This document shows, piece after piece, positions 55,367 through 64,000 of a stretch of DNA of 64,000 bases. A program made the position numbers and the translations under genes. A model generated the notes under the pieces. That model was given only the letters and a program-made list of their open reading frames with translations. It was not told where the DNA came from and ran no database searches. Numbering within the stretch: the first letter of the stretch is position 1; every line of letters starts with the position of its first letter. Location of the stretch: the NCBI RefSeq assembly GCF_039808215.1, contig NZ_JBDHSP010000012.1, positions 7,657-71,656 on the forward strand, written 5' to 3'. This DNA is from Paracoccus sp. (in: a-proteobacteria). GTDB taxonomy: Bacteria; Pseudomonadota; Alphaproteobacteria; Rhodobacterales; Rhodobacteraceae.

Positions 55367-55735
55367 ATGATTGCGAATCGTCGGCGGGCATCGCCCATCG
55401 CCGCGATTGGCGCGGCGCGTCCGGGCGATGACGGCGCGCCCGGCGTCGGGCCGGTGGTATCCTCGGCGCATCTGGCCTCGGGCCGGCTGCCGGGCCTCTC
55501 CGAGGTCGAATACGGGCTGATCACTACCCGCCGCGCCGGCAAGGAAAAACTGGTCTCGATCAGCGATGCGGGGTTCGATGCCTGCCAGCGCTACGGCCAG
55601 CTGCGCGACAAGCTGCTTCTGGACATCGCCGCCGAAAGCCGGCTGTCCGAGGACCGGCTGTCCGAGGCGGCGGCGCTCTTGCGCATGCTGTCGGGCGCCT
55701 ATGACCAGGCCGCGCGCGCGGCCGCAACCTTCTGA
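55367..55735 (+). CDS. Winged-helix (MarR-like) regulator remnant; apparently lacks the central HTH segment (possible pseudogene)
   Basis: ATG 55367 has GGAGG 7 nt upstream (the track start 55337 lies in the promoter). N-end [25 protein letters not shown] and C-end [22 protein letters not shown]...[19 protein letters not shown] match the ends of a roughly 170-aa winged-helix family as I recall it, but the middle part is missing. Confidence 0.5.
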   Translation: MIANRRRASPIAAIGAARPGDDGAPGVGPVVSSAHLASGRLPGLSEVEYGLITTRRAGKEKLVSISDAGFDACQRYGQLRDKLLLDIAAESRLSEDRLSEAAALLRMLSGAYDQAARAAATF

Positions 55736-55743
55736 GGGGGCAG

Positions 55744-57573
55744 ATGACCGAGCGCGACCCTGCGGTACTTTTGAACGTCGAGAACCTCTCGGTGCGCTTC
55801 GGCGCCTCCGAGGTGGTCAGCGGGCTGAGTTTCTCGGTGCGCGCCGGGCGCACCACGGCGGTGGTCGGCGAAAGCGGCTCGGGCAAGTCGGTCACCTCGA
55901 TGTCGGTCATGCGCCTGGCGGACATCGCCGGCGCGACCTATCCGCAGGGCCGCATCCTGTTTCACCGCGACGGCCAGCCCCTCGATCTGATCGGCTGCGA
56001 CCAGAGGGCCATGCGCCGCATCCGCGGCAATGAGATCGCGATGATATTCCAGGAGCCAATGACCTCGCTCGATCCGCTGTTCACCATCGGCGACCAGCTG
56101 TCCGAGGTGCTGATGCTGCACGAGGGCAAGTCCCGCACCGAGGCGCTGGCCGCGGCCGAGCAGCTGCTGGAACTGGTGCGCCTGCCCGATGCCGCGCGCC
56201 AGCTGCGCCGCTATCCGCACCAGCTGTCGGGCGGCATGCGCCAGCGGGTGATGATCGCCATGGCGCTGGCCTGCCGCCCGAAACTGCTGATCGCGGACGA
56301 GCCGACGACGGCGCTGGACGTGACCGTGCAGGCGCAGATCCTGACCATCATGAAGGACCTGCAGGCCGAACTGGGCATGGCGATCATCTTCATCACCCAT
56401 GACATGGGCGTGGTGGCGGAAATGGCCGATGATGTCGTGGTCATGCGCCATGGCCGCAAGGTCGAGGAAGGCCCGGTCGAGCAGATTTTCACCGCCCCGC
56501 GTCACCCCTATACGCGCGCGCTGCTCTCGGCCGTGCCGCGGCTGGGCTCGATGGCCGGGCGCCGGTATCCGCTGCGCGAGGCGCTGACCGTGCTCGAGGG
56601 CGACGAGGCCCGGCTCGAGGGCGAGACCCGCGATCAGGACACCGCCGATTATGCCGTGCCGCCGCTACTGCAGGTGCGCGATCTGGACGTGCATTTCGAT
56701 GTCGCGCGCACCTTCTGGGGCCGGACCACGCATCGCGCCTGCGCAGTCAACCGCGTCAGCCTGTCGCTCTGGCCCGGCGAGACGCTGGCGCTGGTCGGTG
56801 AATCCGGTTCCGGCAAATCCACCATCGGCCGCACCATCCAGCAGCTGCAGGCCGCCAATTCGGGCGAGGTGTTGTTCGACGGCAAGCCCCTGTCGGGCAT
56901 GGACCGCGCCGCCCGCCAGCGATTGCGCCGCGAGGTGCAGTATATTTTCCAAGACCCTTTCGCCTCGCTCGATCCGCGCAAGACCGTGGGTTTTTCCGTG
57001 GCCGAGCCGATCCGCACCCACGGCCTCATGGACGATGATCGTGCCATCGAGGCCCGCGTGGGCGAGCTCCTGGAGCGCGTCGGGCTGCAGCCCGCCATGG
57101 CGCGGCGCTATCCGCATGAATTTTCCGGCGGCCAGCGCCAGCGCATCTGCATCGCCCGCGCGCTGTCGTCGCAACCGCGGCTGATCATCGCCGACGAGGC
57201 GCTGTCGGCGCTGGACGTGTCCGTTCAGGCGCAGGTGATCAACCTGTTCATGGATCTGCAGAAGGACGAGGGGCTGGCCTATCTGTTCATCAGCCATGAC
57301 ATGGCGGTGGTCGAAAAGATGAGCCACCGCGTCGCTGTGCTTTACACCGGGCAGATCATGGAACTGGGCTCGCGCGCGCAGGTGTTCGAGACGACCGCGC
57401 ATCCTTATACCCGCCGGCTTTTGTCGGCGGTGCCGGTGGCCGATCCCGGCCAGCGCAAGGCCCGCCCGATGCTTGAAGGCGAGATCCCCTCGATCCTGCG
57501 CCCGGTCGGGCAGGAACCGCCGCCCATTCCGCTGCACGAGATCGCGCCGGGCCATTTCGTCGCCGAACATTGA
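55744..57573 (+). CDS. Fused double ATPase of a peptide/nickel (Dpp/Opp/GsiA-type) ABC transporter
   Basis: 609 aa. Two Walker A motifs (GESGSGKS x2), two LSGG signatures ([16 protein letters not shown]), oligopeptide C-terminal motifs (HPYT). Confidence 0.92.
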   Translation: MTERDPAVLLNVENLSVRFGASEVVSGLSFSVRAGRTTAVVGESGSGKSVTSMSVMRLADIAGATYPQGRILFHRDGQPLDLIGCDQRAMRRIRGNEIAMIFQEPMTSLDPLFTIGDQLSEVLMLHEGKSRTEALAAAEQLLELVRLPDAARQLRRYPHQLSGGMRQRVMIAMALACRPKLLIADEPTTALDVTVQAQILTIMKDLQAELGMAIIFITHDMGVVAEMADDVVVMRHGRKVEEGPVEQIFTAPRHPYTRALLSAVPRLGSMAGRRYPLREALTVLEGDEARLEGETRDQDTADYAVPPLLQVRDLDVHFDVARTFWGRTTHRACAVNRVSLSLWPGETLALVGESGSGKSTIGRTIQQLQAANSGEVLFDGKPLSGMDRAARQRLRREVQYIFQDPFASLDPRKTVGFSVAEPIRTHGLMDDDRAIEARVGELLERVGLQPAMARRYPHEFSGGQRQRICIARALSSQPRLIIADEALSALDVSVQAQVINLFMDLQKDEGLAYLFISHDMAVVEKMSHRVAVLYTGQIMELGSRAQVFETTAHPYTRRLLSAVPVADPGQRKARPMLEGEIPSILRPVGQEPPPIPLHEIAPGHFVAEH

Positions 57574-57599
57574 CCAAAGAGGACACAGGGAGAAGACGC

Positions 57600-59123
57600 A
57601 TGACCATTTCCGCAAGGCTCGCCGGGACCGCGGCGCTGGTGCTGGCCGGGGCTCTGGCCAGCCCGGCGCTGGCCACCGGCACGCTGGTGGTGTCCAGCCC
57701 GCAGGACCCCGGCTCATGGGACCCGATCGACACGTTTCTGGTGAACTGGGCCTCGGCCGCAACCAATATCTTCGACGGGCTGACCTATCGCGGCCCCGAC
57801 ATGAAGCTGGTGCCGGGCCTTGCGACCTCATGGGAGGAACTCGACGAGGGCAAGCGCATCCGCTTCAAGCTGCGCGAGGGCGTGACTTTCCACAATGGCG
57901 AGCCCTTCAATGCCGAGGCGGTGAAATTCACCTTCGAGCGGCTGTTGGGCGACGAGGGCGCCAAGGGGCCGCAGCGCTCGAACTATGTCGCCATCGACAA
58001 GGTCGAGGTGATCGACGATCACACCGTCGACATGCATCTTTCCGCCCCCGACCCGGTGCTCTTGACCAAGCTGGCCGGTTACGGCGCGATGATCGTGCCG
58101 CCGAAATACATCGCCGAGGTGGGCGACGAGAAATTCAACCTGATGCCGGTCGGCACCGGCCCGTTCAAGGTCACCTCCTATGAGCCCAAGGTCGGGCTGA
58201 AGATGGCGGCCTATGACGGGTTCTGGGGCGACAAGGCGAAGCTCTCAGAGCTGCAATTCCGCTTCATCACCGAACCGGCCACGGCGGTCGCGGAATTGCA
58301 GGCCGGCCGCGTCGATCTGGTGATCCCGCCGACGATTCCCGTCTCGATGATCCCGACCATCGAGGCCGATGCGAAGCTCGATCTGGTCACCACCGCCGGT
58401 CCGACCGTCTATGCGCTGCGCTACAACACCCGCGACGGCATCACCGCCGATGAGCGTGTGCGCAAGGCGCTGATCATGGCCGTGGACCGCGACACCATCG
58501 TGAAGGAAATCCTCGGCGGTCAGGCCGAGGTCATCGCCAGTTTCCAGGGCAAGCTGTCGTTCGGCTATGACCCCGCGCTGAAGCCCCTGCCCTATGACCC
58601 CGAGGGCGCGCAGAAACTGCTGGCCGAGGCCGGCGTCAAGCCCGGCACCGCGGTGCAGATCGACATCCGCGGCAATGATGCGACCTTTGGCGAGGTGGCG
58701 CAGGCGGTCGCGGCCTATCTGTCGATGGTCGGCATCAACGCCACCATCAAGCCCTACGAGACCAACACATTCCTGAATGACATCATCCCGCAGGGCAAGA
58801 CCGGGGCGCTGTTTCAGCAAAGCTGGGGTGGCTGGACCTTCGATTACGACAACACCGCCTATTCCATGTATCACACCGGCGAGAAGTGGAACCCCTATGA
58901 CAGCGACCCCAAGATGGACGCGCTGCTGGAAAGCCAGCGCCACCTGACCGACCCGGTCAAGCGCGAGGCGATCCTGAAGGAAATCGCCGCCTATGCCTAT
59001 GACCGCGCGCTGGAGATGCCGCTTTACAACCTGAACGCGATCTACGGCATCAACACCCGCGTCAAGGATTTTGTCGCCCCGCCCGACAGCCGGCTGCGGC
59101 TGAACGGCGTCTCGGTCGAGTGA
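57600..59123 (+). CDS. ABC transporter substrate-binding protein, family 5 (peptide/nickel)
   Basis: ATG 57600 (GGGAGAAG SD). Signal peptide MTISARLAGTAALVLAGALASPALA, SBP_bac_5 fold features. Confidence 0.9.
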   Translation: MTISARLAGTAALVLAGALASPALATGTLVVSSPQDPGSWDPIDTFLVNWASAATNIFDGLTYRGPDMKLVPGLATSWEELDEGKRIRFKLREGVTFHNGEPFNAEAVKFTFERLLGDEGAKGPQRSNYVAIDKVEVIDDHTVDMHLSAPDPVLLTKLAGYGAMIVPPKYIAEVGDEKFNLMPVGTGPFKVTSYEPKVGLKMAAYDGFWGDKAKLSELQFRFITEPATAVAELQAGRVDLVIPPTIPVSMIPTIEADAKLDLVTTAGPTVYALRYNTRDGITADERVRKALIMAVDRDTIVKEILGGQAEVIASFQGKLSFGYDPALKPLPYDPEGAQKLLAEAGVKPGTAVQIDIRGNDATFGEVAQAVAAYLSMVGINATIKPYETNTFLNDIIPQGKTGALFQQSWGGWTFDYDNTAYSMYHTGEKWNPYDSDPKMDALLESQRHLTDPVKREAILKEIAAYAYDRALEMPLYNLNAIYGINTRVKDFVAPPDSRLRLNGVSVE

Positions 59124-59132
59124 TCCCGCCGC

Positions 59133-59153
59133 CCCCCCGGGCGATCCGGGGGG
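59133..59153 (+). other. Intercistronic GC hairpin CCCCCCGG-gcgat-CCGGGGGG after the substrate-binding protein gene
   Basis: Perfect 8-bp stem read directly. This position is typical of stem-loops that stabilise the upstream SBP message in ABC operons. Confidence 0.5.
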
Positions 59154-59181
59154 CGCATCCCAGACATGCAGGAGGCCGCCG

Positions 59182-60105
59182 ATGTTCGGTTTCATCCTCA
59201 GACGGATCTTTCAGGCGGTCTTTGTCGTGCTGGTGGTCAGCCTGATCGTGGCCACGGCGATCCGCATGACCGGCGACCCGGCGCTGATGATCGCGCAGGG
59301 CTCGACCACCATCACCGAGGCCGACCTCGAACGCATCCGCGAGGGGCTGGGGCTGAACCAGCCCTTCTGGCTGCAATATCTGCAGTCGCTGAAAGGGCTG
59401 CTGACCTGGGAATTCGGCAACAGCTTCATCGGCAGTACGCCGGTGAACCTGCTGATCGGCAAGGCGCTGCCCGCGACCATGTCTCTGGCGCTGATCTCGC
59501 TTGCGGTGTCGATCGCGATTTCCATTCCGCTGGGCGTCTGGGCGGCGATCAGCAAGGGGCGGCTGGCGGATCAGGTCATCCGCATCTGCTCGCTCATCGG
59601 GCTGTCGTTTCCGAATTTCTGGCTGGCGATGATGCTGGTGCTGGTGCTGGCGGTGCATCTGCAATGGCTGCCGCCCTCGGGGATGACCGGCGCATCCAGC
59701 TATGTCATGCCGGCGCTGACCATGGGGGTGATCCTGACCGCGACCAATGTGCGGCTGGTGCGCACCACCATGCTTGAGACGCTGAACGCGCAATTCGTCA
59801 TGGTCTGCCGCGCCAAGGGCCTGTCCGAGGCCAAGGTGCTTTACAAGCACGCGCTGAGGAACTGCGCCATCCCGCTGATCACCTATTTCGGCCTGCAGTT
59901 CGGCGGGCTTCTGGGCGGCATCGTGGTGATCGAGCGGGTCTTCGACTGGCCCGGCATGGGCTCGCTGGCGCTGGATGCGGTCGCGGCGCGCGACTACCCG
60001 GTGCTGCAGGCAGTGATCATGATCCTGGCGGTGATGATCGTCGCGGTGAACCTTGCGGTCGACATCGCCTATGGCCTTGTCGATCCCCGCATCCGGGAGA
60101 AATGA
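59182..60105 (+). CDS. ABC transporter permease (DppB/OppB-like)
   Basis: MFGFILRRIFQAVFVVLVVSLIVATAIR... with EAA-loop region. AGGAGG SD. Confidence 0.92.
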   Translation: MFGFILRRIFQAVFVVLVVSLIVATAIRMTGDPALMIAQGSTTITEADLERIREGLGLNQPFWLQYLQSLKGLLTWEFGNSFIGSTPVNLLIGKALPATMSLALISLAVSIAISIPLGVWAAISKGRLADQVIRICSLIGLSFPNFWLAMMLVLVLAVHLQWLPPSGMTGASSYVMPALTMGVILTATNVRLVRTTMLETLNAQFVMVCRAKGLSEAKVLYKHALRNCAIPLITYFGLQFGGLLGGIVVIERVFDWPGMGSLALDAVAARDYPVLQAVIMILAVMIVAVNLAVDIAYGLVDPRIREK

Positions 60106-60108
60106 GTC

Positions 60109-60960
60109 ATGGCCTCGACCACCGCCCCCTCGCCGCTGCGGCATCTGAAATCGCTGGAATTCATCGCTGGCGCCGTGCTGCTGGCACTGATCGTCGGCAC
60201 GGTTGTGCTGTCGGGCTGGCTGTTTGCCGATCCCGGCGCCATCTCGCTGAAGGCGCGGCTGGTGCCGCCCCTGACCGATCCCGCGCATCTGCTGGGCACT
60301 GACGCGCTGGGGCGCGACATCCTGGCGCGGGTCGCGAATGGCGGCTGGATCTCGCTGAAGGTGGGGATCATCTCGGTCGCGGGTTCGGTGGTGCTGGGGG
60401 TGATCATGGGGCTGGTCGCGGGCTATTACCGCGGCTTCTGGGACGTGCTGGTGATGCGCTTTGCCGATGTGCAGTTGTCCCTGCCCTTCATCCTGCTGGC
60501 GATCACCGTGGTCGCCATCGTCGGCGGTTCGCTGACCACGACCATCGTGCTGATGATCGTCAGCCAATGGGTGCAATATGCCCGCCTGGTGCGCGGCTCG
60601 GCGCTGACGCTGCGCGAACGTGAATTCATCCTTTCGGCCCGCGCCATCGGGGTGCGCGACCGCAGCATCATCTTTTCGCATATCCTGCCAAATCTGCTGG
60701 GGCCGGTGATCGTGCTGATGACGCTGAATGTCGCCAACAACATCCTGCTGGAAGCCTCGCTGACCTTCCTCGGGCTGGGCGTCGACCCCTCGATCCCGTC
60801 CTGGGGCGGCATGCTGGCCGAGGGCCGGACCTATCTGCAGACCGCCTGGTGGATCACCGTGGTGCCCGGGATGGCGATCCTGCTGACCGTGCTGGCGCTG
60901 AACCTGCTGGGCGACTGGCTGCGCGACCTCCTGGACCCGACCGGAAGGACGAACCGTTGA
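60109..60960 (+). CDS. ABC transporter permease (DppC/OppC-like)
   Basis: 283 aa, ...HLLGTDALGRDILARV...EASLTFLGLGVDPSIPSWGGML. Confidence 0.92.
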   Translation: MASTTAPSPLRHLKSLEFIAGAVLLALIVGTVVLSGWLFADPGAISLKARLVPPLTDPAHLLGTDALGRDILARVANGGWISLKVGIISVAGSVVLGVIMGLVAGYYRGFWDVLVMRFADVQLSLPFILLAITVVAIVGGSLTTTIVLMIVSQWVQYARLVRGSALTLREREFILSARAIGVRDRSIIFSHILPNLLGPVIVLMTLNVANNILLEASLTFLGLGVDPSIPSWGGMLAEGRTYLQTAWWITVVPGMAILLTVLALNLLGDWLRDLLDPTGRTNR

Positions 60961-62684
60961 TCCTGTTCGAAAAGACCTTTCCCCCGGCGCTGGCCGGTCT
61001 GGCCGAGACCCTGGAGGCCGCGACGGTCGAGACCTGGAGTTTCGACGACAGCGCCACCCGCCGCCGCGCCGAGGCCCGCCTTGCCGCCCGCGGCATCACG
61101 GCGCGCTGCCGCTCGGCCTACAAGCCGCTGCTCTGCGCTTTCCGCGAGGAAATCGAGACTGCGGGCCTGACGCGCGCCCGCATCACCTGGCCCCGCCACA
61201 AGGACGCCGGGCCGCGCCGTTTCCTGCTGGAAAGCTATCCGCTCACGGCGCTGTTTCCCGCCGTGGCCTTCGAGTTCACCGAAGGCGCAGAAAGCCCCGA
61301 TCTGCCGCGCTATGACCTCAGCCTGATCTATGCGGACGGGCGCGAGGTTACGACCTCGGTTCTTGCGCCGAACCGCAGCCATCCGGATGACGCGGGCAAT
61401 ACCGCGCTTTCACCCTGCGGCTGGCTGATCGCGGACGGCAAGGCCACCGCACTTGCGACCGAATATGAGACGCTGTTTCACCAGGCCATGCAGGCAATCC
61501 GCAATGCCGACTGGCAGGCCGAGCCCTATTTTCAGGAATTGAACATCACCGCCAGCCTGCCTATTGCCGATGAGGATCTGGGCCATGGCGATGAGATCAT
61601 GTCCCTGCGCGAGGCCCTGCATGAGGATTTCTATTTCTCGGCGCTGGAACATTTCCAGAAGCGTTCCGGCCGTGCGCAAGGCGACCGGCGGCTGCAACCG
61701 GGCCAGATCGTGCCCGAGATCCGCCTTGGCGCGCTGGCCTCGGTGCGGGTGGAAACACGCGCGCTGGACGGGGCCTCGGTCTCGGATCACCGCCAGCCGC
61801 TTGAGACGGCGGAGCGCGCGCTCTCGCAGGTCCAGATTGCCGAGGAACTGACCCGCATCCCCGGCGCGCGTTTCGCGGCGCGCTCGGTCGCGGGCCGTCC
61901 GGTCGCGGCGGTGCATCATCCGGGCAGCGATCGCGCGATGATGATCTCGGCCGGGCAGCACGCCAATGAGATCAGCGCCCCGATCGGCGCGCTCCGCGCC
62001 GGCCTTGAACTGGCCAAACGCGAGGGCGCGCATTTCACCCTGTCGCCCCTGGAAAACCCCGATGGCTATGCTCTGCACCAGCGGCTGACCCAAGACAACG
62101 CCCGCCACATGCACCACGCCGCCCGCTACACTGCGCTTGGCGACGATCTGGAATACCGCGAGGGCGCGGAGCTTTACGAACAGGCGATCCGGCGCGAGGC
62201 CGAGGCCCGCTCCCACGCGCTGTTGCATGTGAACCTGCACGGCTATCCGGCGCATGAATGGACGCGGCCTCTGTCGGGCTATGTTCCGCGCGGATTCGAG
62301 ATGTGGACCATCCCCAAGGGCTTTTTCCTTGTCATGCGCCACGCCACCGGCTGGGAGGCCCCTGCGCAGGCCCTGATGGATCAGGTCACGCGGGAACTGG
62401 GCAACGTGCCAGGTCTTGCCGATTTCAACGCCGCCCAGATCGCGCTGTTTGAGCGTCACGCCGGTGAGACGGGCTTCCAGATGCTGAACGGTTTCCCGGT
62501 GCTGATCGGTCAGGACGACCGCCACCGCGTGCCGATGACGCTGATCACCGAATATCCCGATGAGACGATCTACGGTGATGCCCTGCGCGCCGGTCACGCC
62601 GCGCAGATGGCGACCGTCCTTGCCGCTTACGCCGCGTTGCAGGCGCTGCCTGCGGCGATCCTGCCCACACCCCTGATCGCCTGA
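60957..62684 (+). CDS. M14-family zinc metallopeptidase with a roughly 330-aa N-terminal region of unknown function
   Basis: TTG 60957 (TTGA overlap with the permease stop) is the only candidate start. There is no in-frame ATG until residue ~212 of the 60957 reading (61590), upstream of the M14 motifs but inside the N-terminal region. C-terminal half has HxxE (GQHANE), NPDG, second Zn-His (NLHGYP) and ITEYPDE. Confidence 0.75.
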   Translation: MILFEKTFPPALAGLAETLEAATVETWSFDDSATRRRAEARLAARGITARCRSAYKPLLCAFREEIETAGLTRARITWPRHKDAGPRRFLLESYPLTALFPAVAFEFTEGAESPDLPRYDLSLIYADGREVTTSVLAPNRSHPDDAGNTALSPCGWLIADGKATALATEYETLFHQAMQAIRNADWQAEPYFQELNITASLPIADEDLGHGDEIMSLREALHEDFYFSALEHFQKRSGRAQGDRRLQPGQIVPEIRLGALASVRVETRALDGASVSDHRQPLETAERALSQVQIAEELTRIPGARFAARSVAGRPVAAVHHPGSDRAMMISAGQHANEISAPIGALRAGLELAKREGAHFTLSPLENPDGYALHQRLTQDNARHMHHAARYTALGDDLEYREGAELYEQAIRREAEARSHALLHVNLHGYPAHEWTRPLSGYVPRGFEMWTIPKGFFLVMRHATGWEAPAQALMDQVTRELGNVPGLADFNAAQIALFERHAGETGFQMLNGFPVLIGQDDRHRVPMTLITEYPDETIYGDALRAGHAAQMATVLAAYAALQALPAAILPTPLIA

Positions 62685-62693
62685 GCCGGAACC

Positions 62694-63455
62694 ATGACCC
62701 GCATCGATCTCAACAGCGACCTTGGCGAGGGCTTCGGCCCGTGGAAGATGGGCGATGACGCCGCCATGCTGGCGATCGTCAGCAGCGGCAATATCGCCTG
62801 CGGCTTTCACGCCGGCGATCCCTCGGGCATCCTGCGCAGCCTGCGCGAGGCCGCGCGGCAGGGCGTCGCGGTCGGCGCGCATCTGGGCTATCCCGACCTG
62901 GTGGGCTTTGGCCGCCGCGCCATGTCGCCCGAAACCGCCGATCTGACTGCCGATTGCATCTATCAGATCGGCGCGCTGCAGGCGCTGGCGCATGCGGCGG
63001 GCACGCGGGTCACTTACGTCAAGCCGCATGGCGCGCTTTACAACACCATCGTCCATGACATGCGCCAGGCCGATGCGGTGATTGCCGCGATCCGCGCCGT
63101 GGATCCGGCGCTGCCTCTGCTGGCGCTGTCGGGCGCGCCGGTGGTGGCGCGCGCCCGCGACGCCGGACTGACCGTGATCTGCGAGGTTTTCGCCGACCGC
63201 GCCTATCAGCCTGACGGCAGCCTAGCGCCGCGCGGTCAGCCCGGCGCGGTGCTGCATGACCCCGAGGCGATCTCGGCCCGGATGCTGCGGCTGGTCCGGA
63301 CCGGGCGCATCGCCGCCCAGGACGGAACCGAAATCGCGCTTGAGGCGCAGTCGATCTGCGTTCACGGCGACAGCCCCGCCGCCGTCGCCATCGCCGCCCG
63401 CCTACGCGCCGATCTTTCGGCGGCGGGCGTCAGTCTTGCCGCCTTCGCGCCATGA
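62694..63455 (+). CDS. pxpA: 5-oxoprolinase subunit A (LamB/YcsF family)
   Basis: [19 protein letters not shown]...[14 protein letters not shown]...VKPHGALYN...ICVHGD. Confidence 0.92.
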   Translation: MTRIDLNSDLGEGFGPWKMGDDAAMLAIVSSGNIACGFHAGDPSGILRSLREAARQGVAVGAHLGYPDLVGFGRRAMSPETADLTADCIYQIGALQALAHAAGTRVTYVKPHGALYNTIVHDMRQADAVIAAIRAVDPALPLLALSGAPVVARARDAGLTVICEVFADRAYQPDGSLAPRGQPGAVLHDPEAISARMLRLVRTGRIAAQDGTEIALEAQSICVHGDSPAAVAIAARLRADLSAAGVSLAAFAP

Positions 63456-64000
63456 CCGCGGACCTGCGCCTTTTGCCCGCGGGCAGCGACGGGCTGCTGG
63501 TGGAACTGGCGGACCTGCCCGCCATGCTGGCGCTGCTCGAGGCGCTACGCGCCGCCCCGCCCGAGGGGATCACCGATATCGTCCCCGGCGCGCGCACATT
63601 GCTGCTGCGCTTCGATCCGCTGGCATTGAACCCCAAGGCGCTGGCCGCGCATCTGCACACGCTGGACCTGACCGCGGCCTGCCCGCCGCAGGGGCAATTG
63701 CATGACATCCCGGTCATCTATGACGGCGAGGATCTGGCCGAGGTCGCCGCGCACCTGGGCTGCAGCGTCCCCGAACTGATCGCACGCCATCAGGCGGCGA
63801 CATTCACCGTCGCATTCACCGGCTTCGCCCCGGGCTTTGCCTATATGACCAGCGACGATCCGGCCTTGGACGTGCCACGCCGCAAGGTGCCGCGCAAGCG
63901 CATCCCGGCGGGCTCGGTGGCCCTGGCGGGGGTGTTTGGCGGCATCTACCCCAGCGACAGCCCCGGCGGCTGGCAGTTGCTGGGCCGCACACCGGTGCCG
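63452..64000 (+). CDS. pxpB: 5-oxoprolinase subunit B (KipI / allophanate hydrolase subunit 1 family); 3' end beyond window
   Basis: Open at the right edge, so absent from the ORF track. My translation from ATG 63452 (ATGA overlap with pxpA): [22 protein letters not shown]...[15 protein letters not shown]...[10 protein letters not shown]...[15 protein letters not shown]...[19 protein letters not shown]. Confidence 0.88.
   Translation, partial: MTADLRLLPAGSDGLLVELADLPAMLALLEALRAAPPEGITDIVPGARTLLLRFDPLALNPKALAAHLHTLDLTAACPPQGQLHDIPVIYDGEDLAEVAAHLGCSVPELIARHQAATFTVAFTGFAPGFAYMTSDDPALDVPRRKVPRKRIPAGSVALAGVFGGIYPSDSPGGWQLLGRTPVP

Overview
High-GC (about 65-70% by eye) chromosomal segment that reads like core genome of a Rhodobacteraceae/Paracoccus-like alphaproteobacterium. 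That placement is an inference from protein sequences (GroES/GroEL, family II pyrophosphatase) and from glnD-murJ-trpS synteny.

I call 62 protein-coding genes. They are tightly packed and many are translationally coupled through ATGA/TGATG overlaps. Two genes are open at the window edges and are therefore missing from the ORF track: coaBC at the left and pxpB at the right.

Content, left to right:
- coaBC, comM/yifB, gshB-yraN-rsmI, an LpoA-like lipoprotein, glnD-murJ, rhomboid, trpS.
- A stand-alone homocysteine methyltransferase, a SplB-like radical SAM protein, carD, fdxA.
- An S4 protein, a Suv3-like helicase and a TPR protein in one operon.
- groESL with a CIRCE operator.
- A GT4 / TraB-GumN / NTF2-like / DUF1345 block.
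- ppaC, ribF-ycgN-ltaE.
- A seven-gene leucine/isovalerate (liu) operon.
- cobC-like and cbiB, hemC/hemE, an SF1 helicase, Ivy, apt, ispH, rnhA.
- A peptide ABC transporter followed by an M14 peptidase and pxpAB.

I saw no rRNA, tRNA, CRISPR array, transposase, integrase or phage structural gene.

Most of the window is ordinary housekeeping DNA, and I could not find a convincing multi-gene novel system. The most unusual element is a roughly 0.77 kb lower-GC single-gene insertion between the convergent stops of cbiB and hemC (43244..44020). It is flanked by a 10/11-nt direct repeat and encodes a 212-aa orphan protein with an RNxxxH (HEPN-like) motif.

Secondary points of interest:
- A perfect CtrA-type box upstream of comM.
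- An SOS-box-like repeat upstream of the radical SAM gene.
- A YmdB-type macro-domain gene and an exported DUF1311 gene embedded in the liu operon.
- An apparently internally deleted winged-helix regulator in front of the peptide-uptake/M14/5-oxoprolinase locus.

All functional calls come from reading the translations and from motif memory. No searches were run.
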